Source of the DNA: Cyanophora paradoxa CCMP329
Taxonomy: Eukaryota; Plantae; Glaucophyta
Direction: 5' to 3'
DNA length: 45,496 nucleotides
NCBI GenBank assembly: GCA_004431415.1
Contig: QPMI01000296.1
Span: forward strand, 1-45,496
Part shown: positions 35,994-45,496 of the stretch, piece by piece
Layout of the letters: each line of letters starts with the position of its first letter
Position numbering within the stretch: position 1 is the first letter of the stretch
Notes under the pieces: model-generated
Database searches by the model: none
Seen by the model: the letters and a program-made list of their open reading frames with translations, nothing else
Told to the model about the DNA's origin: nothing
Translations under genes and position numbers: made by a program

Positions 35994-36077
35994 CCGACCG
36001 GGAATAGTACCCTCGGGCCCGCTCGACAGCTCGCGCAGGCGGCGTCGACGAATCCGACCGGGAATAGTACCCTCGGG
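35994..36077. repeat. 24-bp direct repeat CCGACCGGGAATAGTACCCTCGGG x2, 60-bp period, inside the LTR element
   Basis: Copies at 35994-36017 and 36054-36077. Confidence 0.85.
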
Positions 36078-36956
36078 TATTCGCGCGCGGGCCTGGCTTC
36101 CACAGGGCTAAGTTCTGGCCGTCGTAACCGCGCTGAGCCAGAACCTCAGCCCGCGGCCGTGGGCGCCAGGCTAAGCCACGCGGCTGCCCCCACGTCTCCT
36201 CCAGATCCGCTGAAGGATCTGCGGGCGAGCGGCTCGCCTGGCTCTCTATAGGTGGCCAGCGACCGCCCGCGCTTAGTGGAGCGCGCGCGGCGCAGGCGAG
36301 GTCCGAGCCCGTACGCGTCCAGTGCCAGGATCAAATCTGCCGACCCCAGCAGATCAAATCCCATGGGCGAGGGCCAGGCGCGCACCCCGAGGGCCGTGCG
36401 CGTGCGCTGCGCCAGCACAGGCCGTGAACAACTCCGGCGCGAAGCGCTGGGCTCGGAGTGCAAGGCTAGCGAGAGCCAGCACGGCCGATCGACCATGCTC
36501 ATGCACGCCTCGGTCCAGGGCGAGGCTCGCCAGTCGCCGGTCGTCGTAAAGGTCTTCTTTTATCTGCTCGAGGCCGTACGCGCGGCGCTGCGCGGCGGGG
36601 CGCGCGTACGGGCATGGGCGTCGAGGTTGTCCCTCGGGGATCTGGACAAGATCTGCGGCGTCCGTCGGCGAGGGCGACGGGAGGGCGCGTCCGACCGCAT
36701 TTATCGGTTCTCCAGAGCTAGTTCTACGTTTCCGGTGCGCTGACGGAGAGCCTGGCGGCTCGCTGATGCTGATCGCTGTGTGCGTATCGATCGCACGCCG
36801 ATCTGAGCCCGCCGGTGCGCGGGGGTCGCCGATCGGCACTGAAACGATGTTTCTAGAGCTACTAGCGATGCGTGCGCATCGCTGCTGGTCGCCGAAGATG
36901 GCGGGCTGATGCTGTCGGAGGCTGCCCACGGGCCCAGTTCCGTGAGCAGTGGCGCC

Positions 36957-37237
36957 TGTCGGATGGGAGGATTCCCACCCGATTGGGCACCGCGCAGTAC
37001 TGCGCGGGGCCGGCTCCCTGTGCTGGAGCAGCTGTAGATGCAGGCTGGTGTATTCACTGTGTACCCGGAAGACTACTGACTCTGTACCCCTAAGACAGGT
37101 AGAGGCGGGCCAGCGTAGGCTACCGAGAGGTAAGCCTACAGGAAGAGAGACTATGCCAGGGCTCTCAGACTACGTCAGGCACCAACTAGCTCTAGTCACT
37201 AAGTCACCGCAAGGCCAGGGAATCGAGCCAGGCGACA
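36957..37237. repeat. Right LTR (281 bp; probably the 5' LTR)
   Basis: Direct repeat of 24814-25102, followed by TSD GGCAG. Confidence 0.95.
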
Positions 37238-37242
37238 GGCAG

Positions 37243-37923
37243 GACGGGGTGCGGCACCACGCGCTAGAGCGGGAGGCGAAGAAGAGCGACATCATTCTCT
37301 ACATCAAGTCGGCGCACAGGACGCGGGCCGGTGCGCCCGTCCTCCTCATCGGCTACGCCGACATCCGCGACGGCCTCGAGCGCGACACGGTCCCCGCCCC
37401 CGTCGCCCCGCGCGGGGCCCGGCTCAGCGGCGCGGCGCCGCAGGTCATGCGGCTCGCCGGCGCCACGCTAGACCCCCTCACGGGGCAGTTCATGATCAAC
37501 CGCATCCGGGTGCCGCGCCGCGCCGGCCCCTCAGCCCCCGCAGCGCCGCCGGCGCCCCTCCACCTCTAAACAGCCTTCGGGGGCCGGGGCGGGGGCAGAC
37601 GACGCGGGAGGAGTTCAAGCTCTTCCGGCGCCTCCTCGCCGTCAACGCGTGGCGCGTGGACCCTGCCTGCTGCCGCGTCAAGCTCAACGGCGTCGTTCTC
37701 CGCTCCAGGTCCCTCCCGCCCCGCCCCGCACCGCACCGCACCTGCGACCATGCGCCGGGGCCGCCGACGGGGGGACGGGCCGGCCTGCAGCTTCCTCGTG
37801 CCGCTCTACCACCGGGCGACGCTGGAGGAGCTGCTCTCCGAGTCCCAGCAGCTCACGGATGAGCTGGAGCGGCGCCCCGACCTCCAGGAGATGCTGCCCG
37901 GCCCCGGCCCTCCCACCTCGTAG
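37243..37923 (+). CDS. 3' exons of the TPR-DUF4470-MYND gene
   Basis: After the duplicated CAG the frame resumes in phase 0: DGVRHHALEREAKKSDIILYIKS...VLLIGYADIRDGLERDT|VMRLAGATLDPLTGQFMINRIR|TTREEFKLFRRLLAVNAWRVDP...|FLVPLYHRATLEELL...PPTS-TAG (37921-37923), with typical short introns. Confidence 0.8.
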
Positions 37924-38789
37924 CTCCCCGCTGCCTCGCCTTATAATTCAATTACTCCTTTGTCCTTGCATTTCTCTTTCGGTACCGGTGTCCTCAACTT
38001 CCATCGACACTCACTGAATTATTGGGGAAGGACCCCCTTCCCCTTCCCCCACTTGGGGGTGTTCGGGTGCCCACCCTAGGCCAAAATGAAATGTCCCGAC
38101 CTCCCAAAACCCAGGTTTTCTCGCCGGATCCTAGCAAGGCATGTCCCTAGGAGTCCGGAGACGTGTTCCGGGAGATCCGGGTCCTGTCGGGTCGACCAGG
38201 AATGAGCAATAACACATTGTTGAAAAATGCGATCTAGCGCCTCACCAAGTAGCGGTATATGTACCGGATTAAGTGCGCCTGAATGCGCCTGATACGCCCG
38301 ACGATTCATGTCATACATTCCGAGACCGGAGAGGCACAGGGTGGCCCGCTAGGCCGCCTCAAGTACCTGTTGTACCGAGCGCCGAAAAAAAGCGCTCCTG
38401 AGAGTTTTCAGCCGATCGAGACTCGAGCAGGGGGGAATGGATGCCGATATCGTGTTGCAGTACCCTTGCAGTATAGCTAGCTGAGCTCCGGCTAGCTGCG
38501 CATGCCTTGCAATGCGGCAACAGCTCATCAAGCACTTCGGAACGTGAAAGAGTGCAGGAAGAAGACGCCCGCTACGCCGCCGCCGCGTTCCGGTGCGCGT
38601 CGCCGATGGTTCTGACTGCCCCGCGCCTGCCGTCCGCAGATGCGACAGTCTTGCGCCGAAAGGTGCGCTCGCGCGCCGCCCGGCAATCTCGCGCCGGGCG
38701 CGCACAGAAGCCGACGCGTGTCGTCGAATTCGAACAGCTCCTCTTGCGCAAGGTGCACAGCTAGATTCGATGTGCCGCGCTCCGCAGCA

Positions 38790-39262
38790 GACGGCGGCGG
38801 CGGTGCGGTCGCCGGGCGGGGCGGAGGCGCTGCGGGCGGCGGCGCGGCGCGCCGCACGGGAGCAGGCGCCGGCGCGCGCGCGCGGCGGGCGGCTGCGCGG
38901 CGTGCCGGGCGGGCGGAGGCGCGGCGGGCGGCGGCGGGGCTCGCCGGCCGCGGGCGGGGCGGAGGCGCGGCGGCCGGCGGGTGGCGGCGCGGCTCCGAGG
39001 CTCGCCGGGCGGGACGGATCGCGGAGGCGCGGCTGCCGGCGGCGCGGCTCGCCGGGCGGGGCGGAGGCGCGGCGGGCGGCGGCGCGGCTCCCCAAGCGGG
39101 GCGGAGGCGCAGCGGGCGGCCGCGCGGCGCGCCGGGCGGGGGCGCGGCTCGCCGGGCGGGGCGGAGCGCGGCGGGCGGCGGCGCGGCTCGTCGGGCGGCG
39201 GCGCGGCTCACCGGGCGGGGCAGAGGCGCGGCGGGCGGCCGCGCGGCTCGTCGGGCGGGGCG
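38790..39262. repeat. Imperfect GC-rich tandem repeat, unit about 40 nt (GCGGCGCGGCTCGCCGGGCGGGGCGGAGGCGCGGCGGGCG)
   Basis: About 10-12 degenerate copies between 38790 and 39262. Confidence 0.8.
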
Positions 39263-39288
39263 GATCCGGGACTCGGGAGGGGGCGCGC

Positions 39289-39369
39289 AGGGCAAATTGT
39301 CCCATTCCCGCACGGCGGGTGGCGGCGCGGCGCGCAGGCCTAGGGCAAATTGTCCCATTCCCGCACGGC
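39289..39369. repeat. 28-bp direct repeat AGGGCAAATTGTCCCATTCCCGCACGGC x2 next to the GC minisatellite
   Basis: Copies at 39289-39316 and 39342-39369. Confidence 0.85.
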
Positions 39370-40432
39370 TTCTTGTTCCAGGTCTACGCCTAGCGAGCAT
39401 TTGCTGCAGCCTGCAGACTCTGAGATGCTCTCTTTGTTGAATAAGACCACATGGCCACCTTGCACGAGCAGGGGGCGGGGGCGAATCGAAGACCTAGAAC
39501 TTAGTAACCTGACTGATTGACCTGCAAGTCCTCTTCCGGTCCCACGAGCTCGATCGCGAGCCCGCGGCCGGCCCACCGTGGCACCGTCCCAGTTGCAATT
39601 ACGGGCGTTCGCGCAGCTCAGCGGCTCATGATCAGCGGCTGCAGGTTTAATTTAGAGTCAAAACTCTCTATAGCTAGATCTCTATCTCGGCTAATTATAA
39701 CCGTTGAACCTGACCTTTCCTACTCAACCGTTAGAGGTCCTTCCCCTCCAACAGGGGCAGTGCAACTGCAGTGTCCCTGTTCCGTTCATATGATATAATT
39801 TACTTGATTCTGTTTGTGTACCGTCAACTTTCTTCAATTTCTTGATTAATCTTGTAACGTTGCCGGACCCTTGATTCATGAGAGATAGGCCCCCCTCCCC
39901 ACGCGCCGCTGTTTCCAGCAGCTCGGCCGGACCGTGCGCGCGCGTGGCTTCGAATTCAAGATTCAGATTCATCACACAAAGATATCCGACTCGGCGATTG
40001 TACCCGGAATTCGAATGCGCTACCAGATAACGAATCCCAATGTACAGCTGGAGATCTAGAATCATATTCAGGAGTATACGTAATCATGATTCTCTTAGTC
40101 AAGTCGGATTTCGTATTCGAATTCTGTATTCTGTTCAATCAAAGGGTGGCGTCTAGATCTAGGCTTCGCCCGTCCCACATGTACATCAATCGTAGCCCTC
40201 GCCCCTCCCGATACCCACATATTAAAGTATACGTACGGCCATGAGCGTACGTATTTGCGCGCGCGAATGGAATGGCACGCGCGCGCGCCCAGTCTGTAGT
40301 GGCAGGCTCCGGTCAATGTCTGTCCGGTCTAACCGGTCCATTTTGATCACTCTCTCGCTCTGTGCCCAAACTCGAAAAAAGATCACAGCTCACAGCTCAC
40401 AGCACACACCCACAGCTCGCAGGGCGGCGCGG

Positions 40433-43400
40433 CTAGCGGTAGAAGACGAGCCAGGCGAGCCAGTTGAAGTTGGCGGGGAAGCCGCCCTCCCCGGGGTGCT
40501 GCCCGCCCCGCCCCCGCCTCTCAGCGCGGGACGGGGCGGGGCGGGGCGGGGTGGGGGACCTTGGCGGGGACGGGGACGTAGTCGGTGCCGTTGAAGGTGC
40601 CGCGGTAGGTCAGCCGCGCCCCCGCCCCCGCCTGCCGCCCCCGGCCCCGCCCCGCTCGGCCCCGGGCCCCGGGCCGCCCCATCTCCCGCGACCGGGCCCG
40701 CGCGGACCTTGACGTCGGCCGTGACGTCCTCGGCGTAGTGGGGCACCGCCGCCCCCGGGCACCACCCCGCCCGCCCGAAGTACCACGTCCCGTACTCCGC
40801 CCCCGCGTCGGCCCCGCGGCCCGCGGCGGGGGAGGAGCGGGGGGGGGGGGGTACCTGGTTGGGGACGACCCCGCGGTCGACGGCGGCCGCGTCGCCGCAG
40901 CCGTCCGCCGTTCCGGCCGCATCCAGCGCGTACCTGAGGGGTACATGCGCTTCAGCGGCGTGCGGCGTGCGGGGGGCGGGGGACGGGGGCGGGGCCGCGC
41001 CTGTGGGTGGCGGGGCGGGCGCCGGGGCCCTGGACGGAGAAGGCGTGCTCGGTGGGGCAGAACTCGGCGCAGTTCTCCTCCTGCGCGACGCTCCGTCGGC
41101 GCCGCCCGCAGCGGGGCCCGGGGCGGAGGGGCGGGGCGCGCGTCGGAGCCCCAGCCGTGGCCGGTGAGGAGGACCCAGAGCTCCGTGCGGGCCGCCCACG
41201 CCGGCACCGCCACGCTCTTCTCCCCGAAGGCCGCGTTGTACCCCGGCCCGAAGCCGCCCCCGCAGCACCACAGCGCCGCCGCCGCCGCCGGGACGGGCCC
41301 GCCGCTGCGCCGACGGGGCTCGGGCTCCGGGGCGGGCGGGCGGGGGCGGCGGGGGCGGCGGGGCGGACGCGGGGGCGGGGCGAGGTGGAGGACGAGGGTG
41401 GCCCGCGAGTCGCCCCAGCCGCCCTCCACCTGCAGCCGCACCCACACCGGAGCCGCCGCCCCGCCGGCGCTGCCGTCGCCCCCGCAGCGCCTGCGCCGCG
41501 AAGTCAGCCGCGCTGGCCCAGCGAGGCGGGGCGGGGCGGGCGGACGCGGTGCGGGGGGGCGGGGGCCGGGGAGGGGTAGAGGAGGGGCAGGACGCCGCGG
41601 GCCTCGGAGAGCCAGCGGGCCTCCCGCCCGTACGACGTGATCTGCCGGGGCATGAGGGGCCCCCGGGGGCGCCGGGGCGGGGCCCGGGGGGCGGGGCGGG
41701 TGGGACCCAGCGGAGGGCCTCCTGGCAGGTGGCGCCGGGGTCCCCCGGGCGGCCCTGGCACACGCTGAGGGAGAGGACCTTGTCCCTGCGCGCCGCTCGG
41801 GGGGGGGCAGGGGGGCGGGAAGCGGGCGGGTGCAGCTGACCACTCGCCGCAGGAGGCGTCGTCGCGGCGGTGGCACTGCACCCGCAGCTCCACCGCAAGC
41901 TCCCCGAACCTGCCGGGGCGTGAGCGGCCCCGCGGCGGCGCGCGGCGCGCGGCGGGGGCGGGTGGGGCGGGGCACCCCGGGTTGGGGGCAGGTCGAGGGC
42001 GACGTCGGCGGGGCCGGCGTCGAGGCGCCGCCCGTCCAGCAGGGGCACCCGCAGGTACCCGGCGTCGACGCCAGGGCCGCCTTCCGCCGCTCCACCCGCG
42101 CGAAGTAGCCGTACCTGCGTCGGCGTGAGGGGGCGGGGCCGGGGGCGGGGGGCGGCGGGGACGCGCGTGCGGGTCTCGAGGACGGCGGCGGCGAGGGAGG
42201 GGCGGATGGTCCCCTGGAAGGTCCCGTTCGCCACCACCGGCCGCCGCAGCAGCTGCGCCTCGCCCCCGGTGAGGCGCTGGGCCGGGGAGGAGGCGGGCGG
42301 GCGGCACGGGGCGCGCCCCGAGGCGGCGGACGCGGTGCTCGCGGTCGATGGCGACGGCGTGCGGCGGGATCTGCGCCGGCGCGCGTCGCGAGGAGGTGGG
42401 CGGGGCCGGCGGGGCGGGGGCGGGGGCGGACGGCCTGGGGGTCGAGGGCCCCGACGTAGACGTGGGCGCCGGCGGCGAGCAGCTTGTGCAGGCGCGCCCC
42501 CTCCGCGAAGTCGATCATCAGCGCGGGGATCGCCGCCCCCGCGCACTCCCCCGACCCGCAGCCCATCGCCCCTTTCGGCTCCTCCGCCCCTGCGCCCGCC
42601 GGCGTCAGGAGGGGAGCGGGCGGGCGCGGCGCGGCGCGGGGCGTACCGGTGTAGATCAGGACGCCCGACGCGTTCCGCCGCTGGGCCTCCATCACCTGCG
42701 GGGGGTACAGGGCGGTCGGAGGTCGGAACGCGAGCAGCTCTTTTGGGGGGAGGGGGGGGAGAGGGGGGTAGGGGACCTTTTCGTAGAAGGAGCAGCGGCC
42801 GCGGCGGACGAGGGCGACGGCGCCGCGCAGGTCGGCGTGCTCCTCGCGGGGCGCCGTCCCGTTCGGGGAGGCCGCGGCCGGCCCGGCGCCGGCGCCGGCG
42901 AGGGCGCGGCGGCCGCGGCGGGGCCCGGCAGCTTCGAGGCCTGCGGCGGGGTGCGGCGGGGCGGGGCCGCGGCCGGCGCCCGGCTCGCGGGGATGGCGCC
43001 GGCGTCTCCTTGCAGCCGTACCCGTCGCCGCCCACCCAGAGCACTCGCCTGCGGCGTACCCCTCAGCCTCGAGCCGGGGGACGGGGGGACGGGGGCGCAC
43101 TTGGGCTTCCAGGAGGGGTCGGCGACGGGCCAGGCCGGGAGCCAGCCGCCGGCGCCCCGATCCCTCGAACTCCTGCGCCGGCAGCGCCCGCGTCAGTTCG
43201 CGGGCGGGTGGGCCGCTGGGAGGCGGGGCGCGGGGGGGGGGGGGGGGGGGGGGGGGGGCGGGCCTCGAGGGTTGGGGAGCCGTGGCGGGGAGGGCGAGGA
43301 CGGGGAGGAGCTCGAGGGTGTCGGGGAAGGAGCGGAGGAGGCGGAAGAGGGGGTCCCGCCCTCCGCCCCCGCCGCCGCGCCGCCTCCAGCGGGTCCGCCG

Positions 43401-44229
43401 CGCCGAAGAGGAGCTGCGGGGCGGGGCCCTCGAAGAGCGCCGCCGCCCGCGCCTCCCCAGCGCCTCCGCGCACGCCCCCGCAGCCTGCGCTCCGCGTCGC
43501 CCCGGGCGCGCCCGGCGAGGGGCGGGGCGGGGCGCGCCGCTCGCGCATGAAGGCGGCGTAGGCGCCGGCGTCCTCGCCGACGCCGTAGAAGATCACGTCG
43601 ACGTCGGGAGGCAGCGCCTCCAGCGCTGGCGCGTACTCCGACGCCGAGAACCACAGCTGCTTCTGCTCGTGCGACTGCCTGCGCGAGCGGAGCCTCCGTC
43701 GCCGGGCCGGCGGGGCGCCGGCCGGCGGCGGGCTCGGGGCGCGCACGGGTGCAGGGCGAGGAGGAGGACGGAGCGATCGCGCATGCCGCCCGTCCCGTCG
43801 TACCTGCCGCCGGCGCACGTGTGAGCCGCCTCCCTCGGCCCGTACGCGTCGCCGCACGCCGGGTCACCTGTACGTGCGGGTGCCGTCGCCGTCGAGCACC
43901 TCCATGCTCCAGCTGTCGATCAGCTGCCCTACCCTCATAGGGTATTCGGTCTGTGGCGGGGGCAGGTGCTTCGGCCGCACGCGCCGCCGCAGAAGCGGCG
44001 ACTTCGTGTGAAAGACGGCCTTTCCGGCCGATCCCTTCGCTGCGCGCTCGTCCTGCTCGATCTCGGGGCCCGCCGCGTACAGCCGCGCGGTCTGCTGGAG
44101 GTCGACGGTGCGCCGCAGGCGCTCATAGCCGACGAAGTGCTGCGGAGCGGCCGGCTCGGCGTCCTCAGCTAATGCCGCGGCCACGATCGCAAGCAAAGCG
44201 ACCGCGAGGGCCGCAGCAGCCCGCGCCAT
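40433..44229 (-). CDS. Secreted peptide-N-glycosidase F (PNGase F)-like protein with a protease-associated (PA) domain
   Basis: Signal peptide MARAAAALAVALLAIVAAALA. PA domain: LRGAVALVRRGRCSFYEK|VMEAQRRNASGVLIY...IPALMIDFAEGARL. PNGase F-like: CHRRDDASCGEW|DKVLSL, QEALRW|ITSYGREARWL, ELWVLLTGHGWG, ENCAEFCPTEH, VVPNQ|YGTWYFGRAGWCPG; ends WLVFYR-TAG at 40433-40435. Confidence 0.85.
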
Positions 44230-44330
44230 CTGGCCGTCCTGGAGGCCAGACGCCTCGGGGCAGGAATCGAACCCGAACCCAGCTTTACCTCAGCGTATCC
44301 CCCAGGCAGCAACGGCAACGTACCCCGTCG
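44230..44330. promoter_or_regulatory. Probable bidirectional promoter between the PNGase F-like (-) and CRTISO-like (+) genes
   Basis: Divergent ATGs at 44229 and 44331 are 101 bp apart. Confidence 0.55.
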
Positions 44331-45496
44331 ATGGCAGCGTACATCTCCGCGAGCCTCGCCGCTCGCTCGGCGGGCAGTGCAGCGTGCACGGAAGCCGCCG
44401 TGCAGTCGGTCGCATCGCCCCAGCAGCCGCGGCGCAGCGCGCACGTGCACGATCGCCGCGCTTTCCTGGGAAAGAGCTTGCATGCGACGACAGTGCAGCG
44501 GTTCGAGCTGTCCAGGCCATGGAAGCTCCCGGCAGCCCGGCAGCCGGCGCGCGGCCTGCCACGTGCGAGCGCGGAGGCCAGCTCGGCGGCGGAGGCTGGC
44601 GGCGGGGCGGACGAGGAGTGGGACTGCGTCGTCATCGGTTCCGGGATCGGCGGCCTCGTCTGCGCCGGCATGCTCGGGCTGTACGGCAAGCGCGTCCTCG
44701 TCTGCGAGTCGTGCGCCCCCGCCCGGTCGGAACGAGCCGGCCCCCCGCGGGCCCGCCGAGCTCCCCGCACAGGCACTCGGTCCCTGGCGGTGCCGCGCAC
44801 TCGTTCGAGCGCAACGGTGCTCGCGCCGCGCCGCGGGCGCCGCCAGGCGGCGCCGCGGAAGCTGAGCGCTGGGGGGGCGGGCAGGCTTCCACTTCGACAG
44901 CGGCCCGTCGTTCTTCTGCGGGCTGAGCCAGGAGGCGGGCTCGACGAACCCGCTGCGGCAGGCCCTCGAGCTCCTCGGCGAGGCCGACTCGCTCCAGTAC
45001 GTCCAGTACGACCGCTGGGACTACCACATCGGTACCCCCGGTGCCCTCCCCCCCCACCCCCGCCCCGCCCGAGCCCGCCTCGCCTCACCTGCACCCCTCG
45101 GGGGGCGTAGAGGACGGCCCCTTCCGTGTCATCACCGACGCGGAGGGGTACCGCGCCGAGGTGGCCCGCTTCTCCCCCCAGGGTGCCCGCGAGCTCGCCG
45201 AGCTCGAGGAGGTGGCGTACCCCCCTCCTTCGGAACCTGTCTTCATCCTTTCGACCCCATACGCCCGTCAGATCCTGAGGCCCTACCACGAGGCGGCCTG
45301 CGCGGTGCCGTACCCCTCCCGGCCGCGCGGGCGCCGGCCTGACGCGGGGGCCTCAGATCCCCGCGGTGGCACTGCGCCCGGACCCGGCTATCCTTAAAGT
45401 CCTCTTCCCCAAGTACGCCGCACCCCTCGCCAAGGTCCGCCCCCGTCCCGCGCCCTGTACCCCCCAGAGCTTCGTCCTGACCCCGCCGCAGATGGC
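44331..45496 (+). CDS. Plastid-targeted FAD-dependent oxidoreductase, carotenoid isomerase (CRTISO)/phytoene dehydrogenase family; 3' end beyond the window
   Basis: Ser/Ala/Arg-rich presequence MAAYISASLAARS...RRAFLGKSL..., then Rossmann motif WDCVVIGSGIGGLVCAGMLGLYGKRVLVCE, HSVPGGAAHSFERN|GFHFDSGPSFFCGL, NPLRQALELLGE. Confidence 0.85.

Larger units (their letters stand above)
24814..37237 (-). mobile_element. LTR retrotransposon-derived element (12.4 kb), apparently non-autonomous (LARD-like), inserted at a 3' splice site
   Basis: Two LTRs with TGTCG...CGACA termini; 5-bp TSD GGCAG at 24809-24813 and 37238-37242; purine tract GCGGAAGAGGAG on the minus strand next to the left LTR suggests minus orientation. 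No recognisable RT, RNase H or integrase motifs in the ORF track. Confidence 0.9.

Noticed and set aside
35994-36077. CRISPR-like repeat-spacer (24-bp repeat, 36-bp spacer)
   Set aside because: Only two repeats, inside a eukaryotic LTR element, with no cas genes.
25103-36956. gag/pol (RT, RNase H, integrase) genes in the LTR element
   Set aside because: No YxDD, D(S/T)G protease, CCHC knuckle or HHCC/DDE motif recognised in any provided ORF.
38060-38350. hAT-like termini (CACCCTA at ~38072, CAGGGTGG at ~38337)
   Set aside because: They face outward, with no matching TIR pair or 8-bp TSD.
43232-43258. Long poly-G run
   Set aside because: A C-rich intronic tract of the minus-strand gene, typical of this genome; its length is unreliable.
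1-45496. tRNA, rRNA or other structured ncRNA genes
   Set aside because: None recognised by eye; a covariance-model scan would be needed to exclude them.

Overview
Very GC-rich eukaryotic nuclear DNA with many short (about 40-100 nt) spliceosomal introns (GT-AG and frequent GC-AG, CTGAC/CTCAC-like branch points). A plastid-type presequence and the intron style suggest a photosynthetic protist, possibly a glaucophyte such as Cyanophora (inference only). Most long six-frame ORFs are GC artefacts, so the genes were reconstructed by reading across introns. Order: (1) 3' part of a class III nucleotidyl cyclase-STAND/AAA ATPase-TPR-like gene (+); (2) a possibly myristoylated Glu/Ala-rich protein built from ~1.1-kb tandem exon-intron cassettes (-); (3) an intergenic tract of TA-xxx-TA motifs resembling transposon footprints; (4) a compact nucleotide-metabolism cluster: a tandem double P-loop kinase with a CMPK2-like C-terminal domain (-), a head-to-head CYTH/thiamine-triphosphatase-like gene (+), and a truncated viperin (RSAD2-like) radical-SAM gene (-); (5) a TPR-DUF4470-MYND gene (+) interrupted exactly at a splice acceptor by a 12.4-kb, apparently non-autonomous LTR element (near-identical 289/281-bp LTRs, 5-bp TSD GGCAG, palindrome-rich interior); (6) a GC tandem repeat; (7) a secreted PA-domain/PNGase F-like gene (-) head-to-head with (8) a plastid-targeted CRTISO/phytoene-dehydrogenase-like gene (+, runs off the window). 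The best candidate for a new system is the viperin + dual kinase + CYTH triphosphatase cluster, a putative antiviral ddhNTP module.
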